DNA of 64,000 nt. Source: Podarcis cretensis. Taxonomy: Eukaryota. Below the pieces are notes generated by a model. That model was not told where the DNA came from. It saw nothing but the letters and a program-made list of their open reading frames with translations, and did not search any database. This document shows, piece by piece, positions 25,701-35,558 of the stretch. The stretch is from assembly GCA_951804945.1 (NCBI GenBank), contig OX638157.1:62744001-62808000 (forward strand). Direction: 5' to 3'. Positions within the stretch are counted from its first letter, which is position 1. Each line of letters opens with the position of its first letter. A program made the translations under genes and the position numbers.

Positions 25701-28700
25701 AATAATCTGGGACTGCAAGGCCTCATGGCAGTGACAGGGAATGATAGCAGCAACAGCGGACTGCAAGGCCTCGCGGCGGCAATGCAAAATCACAGCAGAA
25801 GCAGTGCGGCCTGCAGGAACTCGCAGCAGATGCCTGCAGAGACTTGTGACTGTGACTGGAGGTGACAGCAGTAGCGGCATCCTTCGAGGCCTTACGGCGA
25901 AAACGAGAGATGGCAGCAATAGTAGTGGCAGCCTGCGAGGCCTCGTGGCGACACAAGCAGTGGGGCTTGCGAGGCCTCACAGTGGTGGCAAGATGTGGTG
26001 GCGGCCTGCTAATCCTCCTGGCAGCAGTGGGAGGCAGTGGCAGAAGCTGTGGCCTCAGCTTCTGCCTCAGCAAGGCCTTGCAGGTCACCTCTGCTTCTGC
26101 CACTGTCTCCTGCCGCCACCACAAGGCCTCACAGGCCGCCGCTACTGCCACAGCCATGACAAGGCCTTGCAAGCCGTTGCTGCTTTTGCCACTGCCGCAA
26201 GGCCTTGCAAGACCACCACTACTGCCGCCACCATGGCAAGACCTTGCAGGCTGCCGCCACTTCTGCCAACCCCACCCACTGCCATGGTGAGGCTTAAGAG
26301 GCTGCTGATTATTGTGCCACTACTGCCAGGCTGCCGCTGCTTCTGCCCCCCCCCCAAACAACGTTGATTCTGCCGCTGCTAGACTGTTGCTGATGCTGCC
26401 TAGTAGGCCTGCTGGCAGTCCCAGATTATTTGTATTCACTCATCACCGTACTTTGGATTGCCCTGAATATCACCATTTGGTTGTTGCTGTTGTTTAGTCG
26501 TTTAGTCGTGTCCGACTCTTCGTGACCCCATTTGGATGCATTTTGGCTTGCCTGCTGCTGAAAGTGACCATGAGGTGATTGATAATATCATCATTTATCA
26601 GTTTTAGACCCTTATGTAGTAGCAGTAGCAGTTCACCTCTGTGTAGTTCCTTCCTTATTTCAGATATCATGATATACCGTGATATTTAGCTGGTGATATA
26701 TCGTGATACTGAAAACCAGTTATCGCCCAGCCCTAATGGGTGAAAACATCTACTTCCTAGTAGTAATAATAGACAACCAAATGGTATGTGGAAGTTCATG
26801 AATGAAAAATAAACAAAAGGCTAGCAACAAATCAATCAATAAAATTTGCCATTTATAAGCAGATGTGTTTACAACGAAGTGCTTTGTTATGGCTTTTAGC
26901 TAGATGAATAAAATTACTACCTTACCTACAGACAAATATGCACCAGCAGCTCCTTTTTCACAAGCAGTGAAACGTTTATGTAAAAACTACCCATATGCTT
27001 AATTTTTCTATGATTTTCAAATTACTGCAAATATTTCTTTTGGACAAGATTTTTTGCATTGACAGCTGTTAGAAAAAAATATCATTTGAAATATCATTCA
27101 AATCACATATTCCAAGTGGACTAGTTATGGAACTTTTTCAAACCGTCAATTTGGGAAGTTTGTTATAACTTAAGAAAAGTCTTCTTCTTTGAGAAGACCT
27201 CCTTCTTTGGAGGTCTTTAAGCAGAGGCTTGACAACCATATGTCAGGAGTGCTCTGATGGTGTTTCCTGCTTGGCAGGAGTTTGGACTCGATGGCCCTTG
27301 TGGTCTCTTCCAACTCTATGATTCTATGATTCTATAATTGCATATTTACCTGTGTGCTGGAATCCGACGGTCACCAGCAACTAATACTACATCACATAAC
27401 TGTTTGTGTCTCAGGTAGTTTTCCATCTTTTTAAAGGTTTGCTCTGCATGGTTAAGAGCCTGGAAAAATTCATCGGATGTACAAGGCTCCATGGTATGGC
27501 ACGATGACAGAGTCTGGCTGCTACTAGAAGTCCTGGAAGCACAAAAGATATATATTTTAAACTCATATTCACAGCCTGAGATAAAAGATGTTTGTATTAT
27601 ACATTTCAGAAAATAATAGACGAATTCATTTGTAGGCATTTTTGACAAAGTACAGAATCTCTAACAGCTTCTTCCATATAAGACTTGCTGTGACTGACAA
27701 AAGATTGGATACTAATGGCACATATCATGAGGATTTTTTTTTAAAGTTATAATTCTTACAGCATTTAATCATTGCATTCCCACCAACAAAGGCATGCCAG
27801 TTTGTTCTACACTGCAAACTGCCTTTGTACTCCATTTGTATTATTCAGTTTCCACTTTCAAGTGCTACTCAGTTAAAGCAAGCATACAGTGTAGAATAAC
27901 CACAATTCATGAACTAAGTAACAGGTCAACAAAATACATATATATTTTAATGCCTCTTGCACTCCCCTCTTGTATTTCCAATGTAATTTTGTTTTCCCAT
28001 TGAACTTTTTTCTCTATGTCAATATAAAACTAGCTGTATGTGTGGAAATCGTTTAAAAGTACATGACAGTATTTTTATAGAACAGTATACCAAAGAAGTC
28101 AGACTAGATAACAAAGACTTCTTTACAGTGCAGTTTATTTTATTTACAGTTTTGCTGCTAGGTGTACGCAAAACAAAAACGCTCTCCTGCACATACATCT
28201 AAAGAGATACTAAAGTCCAAGCATCATTTTATGAGCTCCAGCCATCTCTCTGAAGGCAACTGGAGCACCATGCTAATGAACATCTTATGCCAGGAAAAGT
28301 GGTTAATTGTTCAGCAAAGATGCAATTAATGCCACTGGCAATTATGTGATCATAATTAGGTTTCAAAATTAACAGCCTATTAAGAAGATATATAGATGGA
28401 TGGTAGAAAGAAAGCAGCAGTGACCTCTAACATGTCTTCCCACGCCAGCAAGAGGCAAAGCAGCAGGAGGCTCAGCTACAGCCAAGGCTGCAGGCAGCAT
28501 GTTTGTGAAAGCAGGGCATCTTTGCCTCCTCCCATGGAGTAAAAAAACCACACACATTGCTGACTGAAAGAAGCTAAGGGTCGATGCCATCCCACCTATG
28601 CCTTCAAATGAGTGATGACTATATACATGCTTGAGAGAAGGGCCATCATCCACTTCTAACAGAGTCCACAATAGAGAAGAGTCATGTCCCTTCCCCCCCA

Positions 28701-31700
28701 ACGAGTGTAGGTTTATTCTGCAAGCTGTCATTCACACAATAACAGTGCATCAGTGGTGGAGTTATACAGGACACATCATTTAGTTTTATTACTTGTTATT
28801 ACTTGTTATTACTTGTTATTACTTGTTATTACTTGTTATTACTTGTTATGCAATGCATCCCCAGTGTTATCACATTATTGGCGTCTGGAGAAGCACTAAA
28901 ACACAACAAAAGCAGGAAAGACACACAGAGAACATTTGTGGATTCCAGCAGGACATAATGGGACATGCACTGATGAAGCAGCATGTCCACACTGAATATT
29001 TTGCAGGTGCAAACTGCATTTTTAAATTGTTTTCACAGAATACAGAAGGAGCACAAGGTAAATAAGCAAGAAGGAGGAAACAAGCCCCCTCTGCACAACC
29101 TCCACACCCACCCACCCCAGAAAGGTCAGCCATCAATGAAATAAAATATTAAAAATCAACCCAGAGTACTTTTCCACATGCAACCATGGGAGCCAGGCAG
29201 ACAAAAATCATGTTTCTTCATAGTCACATAAGCTATCAAGCTTCACCAAGTTAAATAAACTTTCCCAGTCTGCAGAGCACCATTTTGTGTGTGTTATACT
29301 TTCTATCAAGGCCAAGTTCCTTATCTGGGTAGTCCATTCCATCATTAAATTGCCTGTATATGGGATAACTGATTTAACTTGTGATTAAATTGCCTGCTAA
29401 TGTACTCCAGTGTTTGGCTATAGTTAGTCGGGCAACCACAATTAGGAACATGGTAATATAAGCCTTTATGGTTCTATGACAGCCATAATACCTGTGTGTA
29501 AAGGTGGAAATAATACCATGGTTCACATCAGGATACTCAAATTTTGTTGACATTTGAATAAGGCAACTGCAGGTCTGATATTTTACAAAGTAACAATAAA
29601 AAGGTCAATAATGTGACAAAGAAGGGTCATACCAGACAATTTCCAAAAGCCCACATTTTTCGATTACTGCTACAATTGGCACTAGAGCTGATCCAGCATC
29701 AATGATGCAATGTTCTGCAGTGGAAGAGGGTAGTCTTGCTAAACGAGGATTCTGTTTGCAACAAAGCATATCTAATCAATTGTATGCTTTAGCACTGGAG
29801 AGGAGAAACAGCTTATGTAAACTATTTTAAACAGCAAAAAAAGTTCACAAAATGTCAGTGTGATGCTATAGGAAGCCAAGTTAGTCATGCTGGTGTTTGC
29901 CAATTTTGTACAGGGGGAATACATGAAATTAGTAAACTTCTGATTTGCAGCAAATCTGTTTGCCAATGCATCTGAACAGGAAGGCTGTGGTTTACGCTTG
30001 TGAAAGAAGACTGAAAGCCAGGATCAAAATGTGGTTTTGGTGCTTGGCTGCAACAGCAAATGATGGTTAGCTGCAAGCCAGGTACTAAATAATTAAGCAG
30101 AGCATCCGAAGGAAGGAGGAGGAAGTATACAAGCACAGGGCTCAATCCCTTAATGCCAAACTATGGTTTGTTGTTCTGTGATATGGTGAGTGCAGACGTG
30201 TGTGTGTGTGTGTGTGTAGTACAACTATGCTGATGGACTCCAAGGTAGCATTCACTAGATGACATAGACATGAGCAACTATGTTCTTCCCAACATTCACA
30301 TCACTAACCTGAACATAAAAGAGGAGACCGGATAGATTAGACCCTAGTCCAGCATTTGTTTCCATAGTAGCTAATGAAAGCAGGACATCAGCACAGTCAG
30401 TACATCACCACAGTCACACTCCTCCATTGTTGGACCCCAGCAACTGGTATTCAGCTGCACGCTGCCTTTGATCCAGGATGCCATCAGGACTAGTAGCCAC
30501 TGAGAGACAAATTCATGGGGGCTAAGGCCTGATGTCTTCCAGATGTTTTGAACTACAACTCCTATCAGTCACAGGCAGCATAGCCAGCAGTCAGGGATGT
30601 TAAGTGTCATTCAGAAACATCTGGAGGACTAATAGTTCTGTACCTCTTGTTTAATGCCCTGTGTGAAGTACTTCTTTTTGTCTGCCCTGAATCTAACATC
30701 TCTCCACTTTATTGAATGACCCTGGGTTCTAGAATAATGAGAGGGAGGAAAACCTCTCTAGTCACTTTCCAATACCATGCAAAATCTGAATTCTGTCAAC
30801 TGAGATGGGTGGGGAAGTTACATCTTTTTCAGATCAAAGTGTATCAGTTTGAATTCTAGTGTCATACGCTTACAATATACTGAGGAAAGATGCCCAGTTC
30901 CCCTGCAACAATTGAACAACTGTGTTCATTACACAAAACGTCGTATTTCTTCTGTAACTATCTTTGACAGCACGATTCTGTGCATATCTACTCAAAATTA
31001 AGCCCAACTAAGTTCAATAGAAAAGGACGCAGGTGTAGCTGTGGTCTAAACCACAGAGCCTAGGGCTTGCCAATCAGAAAGTCAGCAGTTCGAATCCCCG
31101 CAACAGGGTGAGCTCCCGTTGCTCTGTCCCAGCTCCTGCCAACCTAGCAGTTCGAAAGCACGTCAAAGTGCAATTAGATAAATAGGTACCACCCCAGCAG
31201 GAAGGTAAACGGTGTTTCCATGCGCTGCTCTGGTTAGCCAGAAGCGGCTTAGTCATGCTGGCCACATGACCCAGAAGCTGCCTGCAGACAAACACTGGCT
31301 CCCTCGGCCTATAGAGCGAGATGAGCACCGCAACCCCAGAGTCGTCCACGACTGGACCGAACGGTCAGGGGTACCTTTACCTTTAAGTCCAATAGGTCAT
31401 ACTCTCTAGCACTTGTGTATAAGGTTGCAGCCTAAATCTACTGCAAGAGTGAAGGTGCACATAAAAATATTAATTAAATTTTATATTTTCATCCTAACAT
31501 GTTTCAAGTGCAGAGACTTTTTCAAAGGACTCTTTCAAAAGGACGTGGATTTTAGTTGATAAACCACAAGCAGCTGCTTCACTTGGTGGTGAATATAAGA
31601 GTAAACTTGCTAGGTGATTTAAATATACAATTTAATGAAATCACCCACAGTCTTGTGTGAAGTCTGTTGTTCAAGAACACTTAAAATCTGTTACAAACAC

Positions 31701-32379
31701 ACTACTGTCAAATCCTGCTACTTTAAAGAAGAAAAACATGGTATGGTCACAAGAGCCCTTCTACTTCTTATCTTCTATCCTTGCAAACAACAACCAAGGG
31801 GGTCAAATAAAGTACCCACACCCACATAAAGCACATATACAAGATCTTGAAAAAAAGATGCTTGAGAAACATCTTTTCTGACAACACACAGTGCAGTTGA
31901 AATATGAACAAATGTAAGAGAGTGCAACTGTCACTTCACTTACAGGTTTATTTATAACCATATACAGTATGCAAGATCTCAAAGTGGCATGTAATTTTTA
32001 TTATTTTTGCCAAATTAGGGATACTTGAGGAACTTGATCTTTACAAATTCAAGTAGAAACTGCACCTCCTATACATCAAACTTGGCTATCCACTGTATTT
32101 CCCACTTCCCAAATGTTCTAGTACAGTTCTCAGCTAAAAGAAAATCAGAACAGATTAAAAACATACATATTTTGGTAGAAAATTAATGTAGAAATGTACT
32201 TCAAGGTGCAATTTTGTGCATGAGATTAATGCAGAAACAAGATAGAATGGACTTCTGGGTGAATACATGAGAAAGTGATTTAAACCAGAGAAAAATTGTT
32301 TTCTCCAATCCTAACTTTGTTCTGAGACTTTTGCAATTCATATCTATAAGATAATTTAGAGCCACTCAAATTTTTAAAA

Positions 32380-32429
<50 letters not shown>

Positions 32430-35400
32430 ACAAACAAACAAACAAACAGAAAATACATCACTATAAAGCAACTAAATCATTTCAACCATTTTCAAGTATG
32501 TGCATAACCTACAACTGAACACTAAGGTGTAGACAGCACCTTTGGCTAAATTTTACATCCATAATTTTACATTTTTAAAGAAATAGCACCCAGGAGAGGT
32601 TGCTAAAGACAATCTTCTATGCCAAGGTTAGGTTCTATTTCCAGCAACATGGCAGGTAATTTAATTATCCCCAGAACAAATAGTAGTACACATTGACACC
32701 ATCATCACAACTTTTATTTACATGAATGCTTCAGCTACCAGCTTTAGCTGTTTCTGAACTGCAAGCATCTCTGTTGTTAAGATACTACAGTAATTCTGCA
32801 ATCCAACTCCAGAAGTCTAGGCAATTTCTGGTATGTCTTAGGTCCCTATCAATTGTAACACTACAAATGGAATTCCACAGGAAAAGTCTACATTTCATTA
32901 AATCCATAGGAGAAAGGAGATTTAAATGCTAATGAAAGACATAGGTGTGCATTGTTTTTGTTTTTATTCATCTTTCACTACTCATATCTTAAGTAAAAAT
33001 TATGAAGCAAAAGATTTTGATAAAGTTTTTGACATCAGAAAATATTTCTAATGAAGAAAGCTATGCCTTGTTTTACAAGAAAACACAACCAAAATTCCCA
33101 TTGTTGACAGCAAGTAAAATAAGTAAAATTAAAAAAAGATGAAGGAAAAAAATACTAAATACTGGCAACACTCCAGCCTTTATAAACAGAGAGATGAATG
33201 TCTACTTACATGCTGTTCCCCATGCCAATGGATTTCATGCAAGAAGGTGGCATCACAAGGGGGGAATCCCAAAAAGTCCTAACTAGGCAGGCAATCTAAG
33301 CAGCCAGAATAGTGGAGAAGGAAGCCTTTTGAACCAGAATGCTTTGACCACTCTGGACCCAACCTTCAGCAGACTTAAGACCCGAGTGCATTGTTCTACT
33401 AGACCTTTCCACCTCTTCTTAGCTAAAGTGATAAATCCTGTAGGGTCAGAGACACACGTGCTGGCCACATCTCACACAATAGGCCCTTTTATTCCTAATC
33501 ATGTTGATGCAGCTGGACACTGAGCATGTTGTGATTATTGGCAAAAATGCATGCCTGGGCTGGGAGCTGGTAAGGGGAGAACTGCAAGAATGGATTGACA
33601 CCTTGTTGGAAAGTGTATAGCACTTTATTGTAGCATGCCTGGTGTTGTTTTGTAACTTCACACAGCTACAGAGGGCTGGATGAATAAATGGCATGTACCC
33701 TTGACCTCCAGACTTTGCACTTCTCTACAGTCATCTTCCATTGCATGCAAACATGGGATTGGATCATGCCCATTAACCTGCATATACATTAGCATGTTTG
33801 CAAGTGCAAATGGAGGTAGTGGTGGGGATACAGTATTTCTATTATCTGGGGATGCTGTGTCTGGAGAGATGCTAATGTTTTCTTCCACATTTATTATTTA
33901 ACCAGCCCCCGGACCACTTTAATGATGATCACAAAGAAACCAGAATTGCTGTTCTGTGCTACTTTGTACTCCAGATAAACATCTCTGCAAGAATGGGACC
34001 TTTCTTTTACATAATTCATTTGACACCTTGCAAATAATTTGTGTACTAACAGTAATGTCTTTGTACAAACACTGAACAGATTTTTTTTAACACTAAAATC
34101 AGTCCATGTAGCCTGAGGTACAAATATTACTCTAGCCATCTACTTTTATTATTTACCTAGTTACTTTTTCAAACATTTTGGATTTAAACCTTCAGCTTCC
34201 ATACAATTTTTCCACATGGCACTTCTTAAAAAATGCATTGAAAAATAAGTCAATTTGTGTTTTTCCTTCCAACTCTCCTACCCTTCTGAAATATGATTTC
34301 TTCTCAGTGCAAAAAACCAAATACACTTTGACTGGAGGGATCAATCAGCAACTAGCTTCACCAATACACAACATTACAAAGTGCAAAGTAGCAAAATACA
34401 TTTTAAAAGCACCACTTCTGTAGTATACAGCTGAATAAATTAAAGAAGATAAAAGAAAACTTGACACCTCCCCCCAAAATAAAATTGCAATTTAAAAAAT
34501 TCTACTGGAAAATAAACACTGTAGGGTAAATTATTACAGAGCAATCAAATATATGTCTTCTCAGTAAGTTCAATTGGATTTACTCTTAGGTAAGTGTATA
34601 TAGGATTGCTGTCTCAAATACAACAAAATACCTAAAATGTTCAACTAGCATAATGTTATGGCAAAATATTATTTTAATTTTACCATAAATGCAACCCCAG
34701 TCATATATTCTCTACAGTATGACACCCAACCTTTTTTGGGCTAGACTGGTTCAAACAGCCTCAAAAACTAACCTTAAATATTACTCTGTTTCTGCCTCAT
34801 CTTCAGAACACAAGTAGTAATTTCCAGAAAAAAATAGGTCAAGGTAACACATTAGAATGCAGAACATACCTAGAGATTACAGCTAAAATATCTGCCTCCT
34901 AGTTCCATCAACCCTTCTTCACAGAGCCTTGAAAATGTAGCTGCTACAGAATGCAAATTCCATCTCCAGCCTCTTTAGAAATACTTTTGATACAGGTTTC
35001 CAGTACCAGTGAAAGAAACATTATATATACACTGCAAAATAGTTAGAATTCCAGTTCCTTGGCTGCACCATGGTTAAGTATTTTTACAGCACCACAGTGG
35101 AAGGTGTACCCCTCCCCCATTTTATGCATATAAATATAGGGCACAACTAATTTCTCACAATAAGGAAGTAACAACCTGCATGAACTGCTGTCAGATACAT
35201 TTTCTTCTTCACTAGCTCCGTCTTCAGCATATGGTCTTTCAAGCCAATGTGCACCTTCACAGTCCTCTGCGGTGATCTCAAATGTAGGCAGTTCAGAGCT
35301 GGATGCCATTGGCCAAGAAGGTGAATTCTGGAAAGCCTGTTGGTTGGACTTCGGAAAACCAATTGATGTAAAAGGCAGTGGTAGGGTGCCTGGATTCAGG

Positions 35401-35558
35401 AACTTTATCCCACCAGTAGTTGCATTATGTCCTCTGTCCCAGAAGTCTCCTGGCTGGCAGTCGATGCTAGGTTTAGGAGTAGATTGCTGGTGCCCAAACC
35501 ACCTCCATCTGATTTTTAAAATCTGCTTCACGTCGAACTCTTTACGAGAGCCAGACAT
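1731..35558 (-). CDS. KLHL5: Kelch-like protein 5, spliced CDS of 11 coding exons, 709 aa (N-terminal low-complexity region, BTB, BACK, 6 Kelch repeats)
   Basis: Exons join in frame with GT-AG boundaries: 35558-35176, 27532-27350, 21693-21557, 20674-20478, 13639-13427, 11312-11126, 7892-7668, 6107-5945, 4857-4645, 3600-3429, 1787-1731 (sum 2130 nt). Starts [24 protein letters not shown] and ends [18 protein letters not shown], matching vertebrate KLHL5 as I recall it. Confidence 0.96.
2148..2340 (-). mobile_element. CR1 LINE 3' end
   Basis: Reverse complement of ...GGTCCCTTCCAACTCTATGATTCT, the typical CR1 tail. Confidence 0.75.
2986..3132 (+). mobile_element. tRNA-Lys-derived SINE with CR1-like tail
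   Basis: Head GGCTCAGTCAGTGGAGCATGAAACTCTTAATCTC...CCCCAC resembles tRNA-Lys(CTT); tail GGACTAGATGACC...TGATTCT shared with CR1. Confidence 0.75.
3429..3600 (-). CDS. KLHL5: KLHL5 coding exon 10 (YDPKTDMW...NEWTQ; Kelch)
   Basis: ttcag acceptor, CAG|GTATTG donor, 172 nt. Confidence 0.96.
4645..4857 (-). CDS. KLHL5: KLHL5 coding exon 9 (LYAVGGRDG...SDCVER; Kelch)
   Basis: ttacag acceptor, AG|GTATTA donor, 213 nt. Confidence 0.96.
5945..6107 (-). CDS. KLHL5: KLHL5 coding exon 8 (VAVLEGPMY...AVLSGK; Kelch)
   Basis: Read manually; caaag acceptor, AA|GTAAGT donor, 163 nt. Confidence 0.95.
6812..7034. mobile_element. MITE family A (Tigger/pogo-like)
   Basis: TIR CAGTGGTACCTCGGGTTA, TA TSD. Confidence 0.88.
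7096..7421. mobile_element. Tc1/mariner-type (pogo/Tigger-like) MITE family B
   Basis: TIR CAGTGGTGCC(C/T)CGCAAGACGAA, TA TSD. Confidence 0.85.
7668..7892 (-). CDS. KLHL5: KLHL5 coding exon 7 (ATSIEKYDL...HRHGLG; Kelch)
   Basis: ctaag acceptor, G|GTATGT donor, 225 nt, Kelch GG/Y/W signature. Confidence 0.95.
8380..9476. mobile_element. Non-autonomous Tc1-like element interrupted by a MITE
   Basis: Long TIR CAGGTGAAACT(C/T)GGAAAATTAGAATATCATGGAAAAGTTCATTTATTTCAGTAATTCAA; the left TIR is split at its TA (8404-8405) by the insertion at 8406-9187. Confidence 0.8.
8406..9187. mobile_element. MITE family B, long variant with internal GC-rich palindromic repeats
   Basis: Same TIR as 7096-7421, TA TSD. 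Confidence 0.85.
9911..10682. mobile_element. Tc1/mariner (Tc2/pogo-like) non-autonomous element with about 4 internal hairpin repeats
   Basis: TIR CCGTATTTTTC..CCCATAGGACGC, TA TSD; about 100-120 bp tandem units at 10068-10480. Confidence 0.8.
11126..11312 (-). CDS. KLHL5: KLHL5 coding exon 6 (FLADMENN...GGMDATKG)
   Basis: ttctag acceptor, G|GTATGG donor, 187 nt. Confidence 0.96.
12100..12395 (+). mobile_element. Penelope-like element terminal fragment
   Basis: Ends in CTGATGAAGTGTG...GAAAGCTCATACC...TAAAGGTGCCACTGGA, resembling reptile PLE termini as I recall them; left boundary approximate. Confidence 0.6.
12312..12350 (+). ncRNA. Minimal type I hammerhead ribozyme motif (PLE-associated)
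   Basis: GUAU-CUGAUGA-A-GUGUGU(AUU)ACACAU-GAAA-GC-UC^-AUAC: stem I GUAU/AUAC, core CUGAUGA and GAAA, 6-bp stem II, palindromic AGCU in place of stem III. Confidence 0.65.
13427..13639 (-). CDS. KLHL5: KLHL5 coding exon 5 ([10 protein letters not shown]...PLLAPQ; BACK)
   Basis: tttgtag acceptor, CAG|GTAAAT donor, 213 nt. Confidence 0.96.
16950..17310 (+). mobile_element. Degenerate L2 LINE RT fragment
   Basis: [10 protein letters not shown], a decayed form of CHQYADDTQL; downstream L-NPDKT motif. Confidence 0.55.
18753..18991. mobile_element. Tigger-like MITE (related family)
   Basis: CAGTCATACCTC...GAGGTACCACTG, TA TSD. Confidence 0.75.
19004..19244. mobile_element. MITE family A (inverted relative to the 6812 copy)
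   Basis: TIR and TA TSD. Confidence 0.88.
20478..20674 (-). CDS. KLHL5: KLHL5 coding exon 4 ([10 protein letters not shown]...HNYTM; BTB/BACK)
   Basis: Read manually (absent from the ORF track); ttctag acceptor, ATG|GTAAGT donor, 197 nt. Confidence 0.96.
21557..21693 (-). CDS. KLHL5: KLHL5 coding exon 3 ([10 protein letters not shown]...QYAYTG; BTB)
   Basis: ttacag acceptor, G|GTAATG donor, 137 nt. Confidence 0.96.
21952..25180 (-). mobile_element. Full-length Bov-B (RTE clade) LINE
   Basis: 3229 bp; 11-bp TSD CAATGGGTGCT (21941-21951 and 25181-25191); 3' end GAGTCGGACACGACTAAACGACTAAAC(AAC)n; intact ORF. Confidence 0.96.
21969..25070 (-). CDS. Bov-B ORF: APE-type endonuclease plus reverse transcriptase (first ATG at 25001)
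   Basis: Uninterrupted 1033-codon frame; GTWNVR, GDWNA, SDH endonuclease motifs; QGCILSP and YADD RT motifs. Confidence 0.95.
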   Translation of the reverse strand: MTKRDPPGGGTGKPLQYPCQENSMDKDNRHIKVMTLEDEPLRSEGVQHATGEERRASTSRSRADEAAGPKPKGCSVADMPGSERKVQCCKEKYCIGTWNVRTMNMGKLEVVKNEMARINIDILGISELKWTGMREFSSDDHHIYYCGQETRKRNGVALIVNKRVAKAVLGCNLKNDRMISIRIQGRPFNITVIQVYAPTTGAEETEIDQFYEDLQHLIEVTPKKDVLLIIGDWNAKVGSQEIKGTTGKFGLGDQNEAGQRLIEFCQENKLVITNTLFQQHKRRLYTWTSPDGQHRNQIDYILCSQRWRSSIQSAKTRPGADCGSDHQLLIAKFKLKLKKVGKTTGPVRYNLSQIPYEYTVEVRNRFKDLDLVDRVPEELWMEARNIIQEAATKTIPMKRKCKKAKWLSNEALQIAGERRQAKCKGDRETYRKLNADFQRIARRDKKTFLNKQCKEIEESNRMGRTRDLFKKIGDMKGTFRTKISIIKDKSGKDLTEAEDIKKRWQEYTEELYQKETDVSYTPGSVVADLEPDILESEVKWALESTANNKASGSDGIPAELFKILKDDAVKVLHSICQQVWKTQQWPEDWRRSVYIPIPKKGSAKECSNYRTIALISHASKVMLKILQGRLKQYVDRELPEVQAGFRRGRGTRDQIANMRWIMEKAREFQKDIYFCFIDYAKAFDCVDHGKLWQVLKEMGVPDHLICLLRNLYVGQEATVRTGYGTTDWFKIGKGVRQGCILSPCLFNLYAEFIMRKAGLDESLAGIKIAGRNINNLRYADDTTLMAESEEELKNLLLRVKEGGAKYGLKLNIKKTKIMATGPITSWQIEGEEMEAVRDFTFLGSMITADGDSSHKIKRRLLLGRRAMTGLDSILRSRDITLPTKVRIVKAMVFPVVMYGSESWTIKKADRRRIDAFELWCWRRLLRVPWTARRSNLSILKEISPECSLEGQIVKLRLQYFGHLMRREDSLEKTLMLGKMAGTRRRGRQRTRWLDSVFEVTSMSLTKLRGAVEDRSAWRSLVHGVTKSRTRLND
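25191..26735. mobile_element. Non-autonomous hAT-type foldback element
   Basis: TIR TAGG(A/G)CTGGGC(A/G)ATA...TATCGCCCAGCCCTA; 8-bp TSD ATGGGTGC/ATGGGTGA; long inverted arms. Confidence 0.75.
26481..26527 (-). mobile_element. Extremely 5'-truncated Bov-B 3' end (about 47 bp)
   Basis: Matches the 3' terminus of the full-length copy; TSD CCATTTGG (26473-26480, 26528-26535). Confidence 0.85.
27199..27335 (+). mobile_element. CR1 LINE 3' end
   Basis: ...TCTTCCAACTCTATGATTCTATGATTCTAT tail. Confidence 0.8.
27350..27532 (-). CDS. KLHL5: KLHL5 coding exon 2 (TSSSSQTL...RIPAHR; start of BTB)
   Basis: ttccag acceptor, AG|GTAAAT donor, 183 nt, BTB motif [17 protein letters not shown]. Confidence 0.96.
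28786..28849. repeat. 10-bp tandem repeat (TTATTACTTG)x6
   Basis: Directly visible. Confidence 0.95.
31025..31384 (+). mobile_element. Sauria SINE
   Basis: tRNA-like head with GTTCGAATCC B box, Bov-B-like tail, (ACCTTT)n end; near-TSD AAGT(T/C)CAATAG. Confidence 0.9.
32380..32448. repeat. Compound microsatellite (AAGC)n(AAAC)n
   Basis: Directly visible. Confidence 0.95.
35176..35558 (-). CDS. KLHL5: KLHL5 coding exon 1 (MSGSRKEF...SDSSSCR)
   Basis: ATG at 35558; donor AG|GTTGTT; phase 2 fits exon 2. Confidence 0.88.

Noticed and set aside
25617-26497. Ala/Arg/Cys-rich ORFs
   Set aside because: Low-complexity interior of the foldback element
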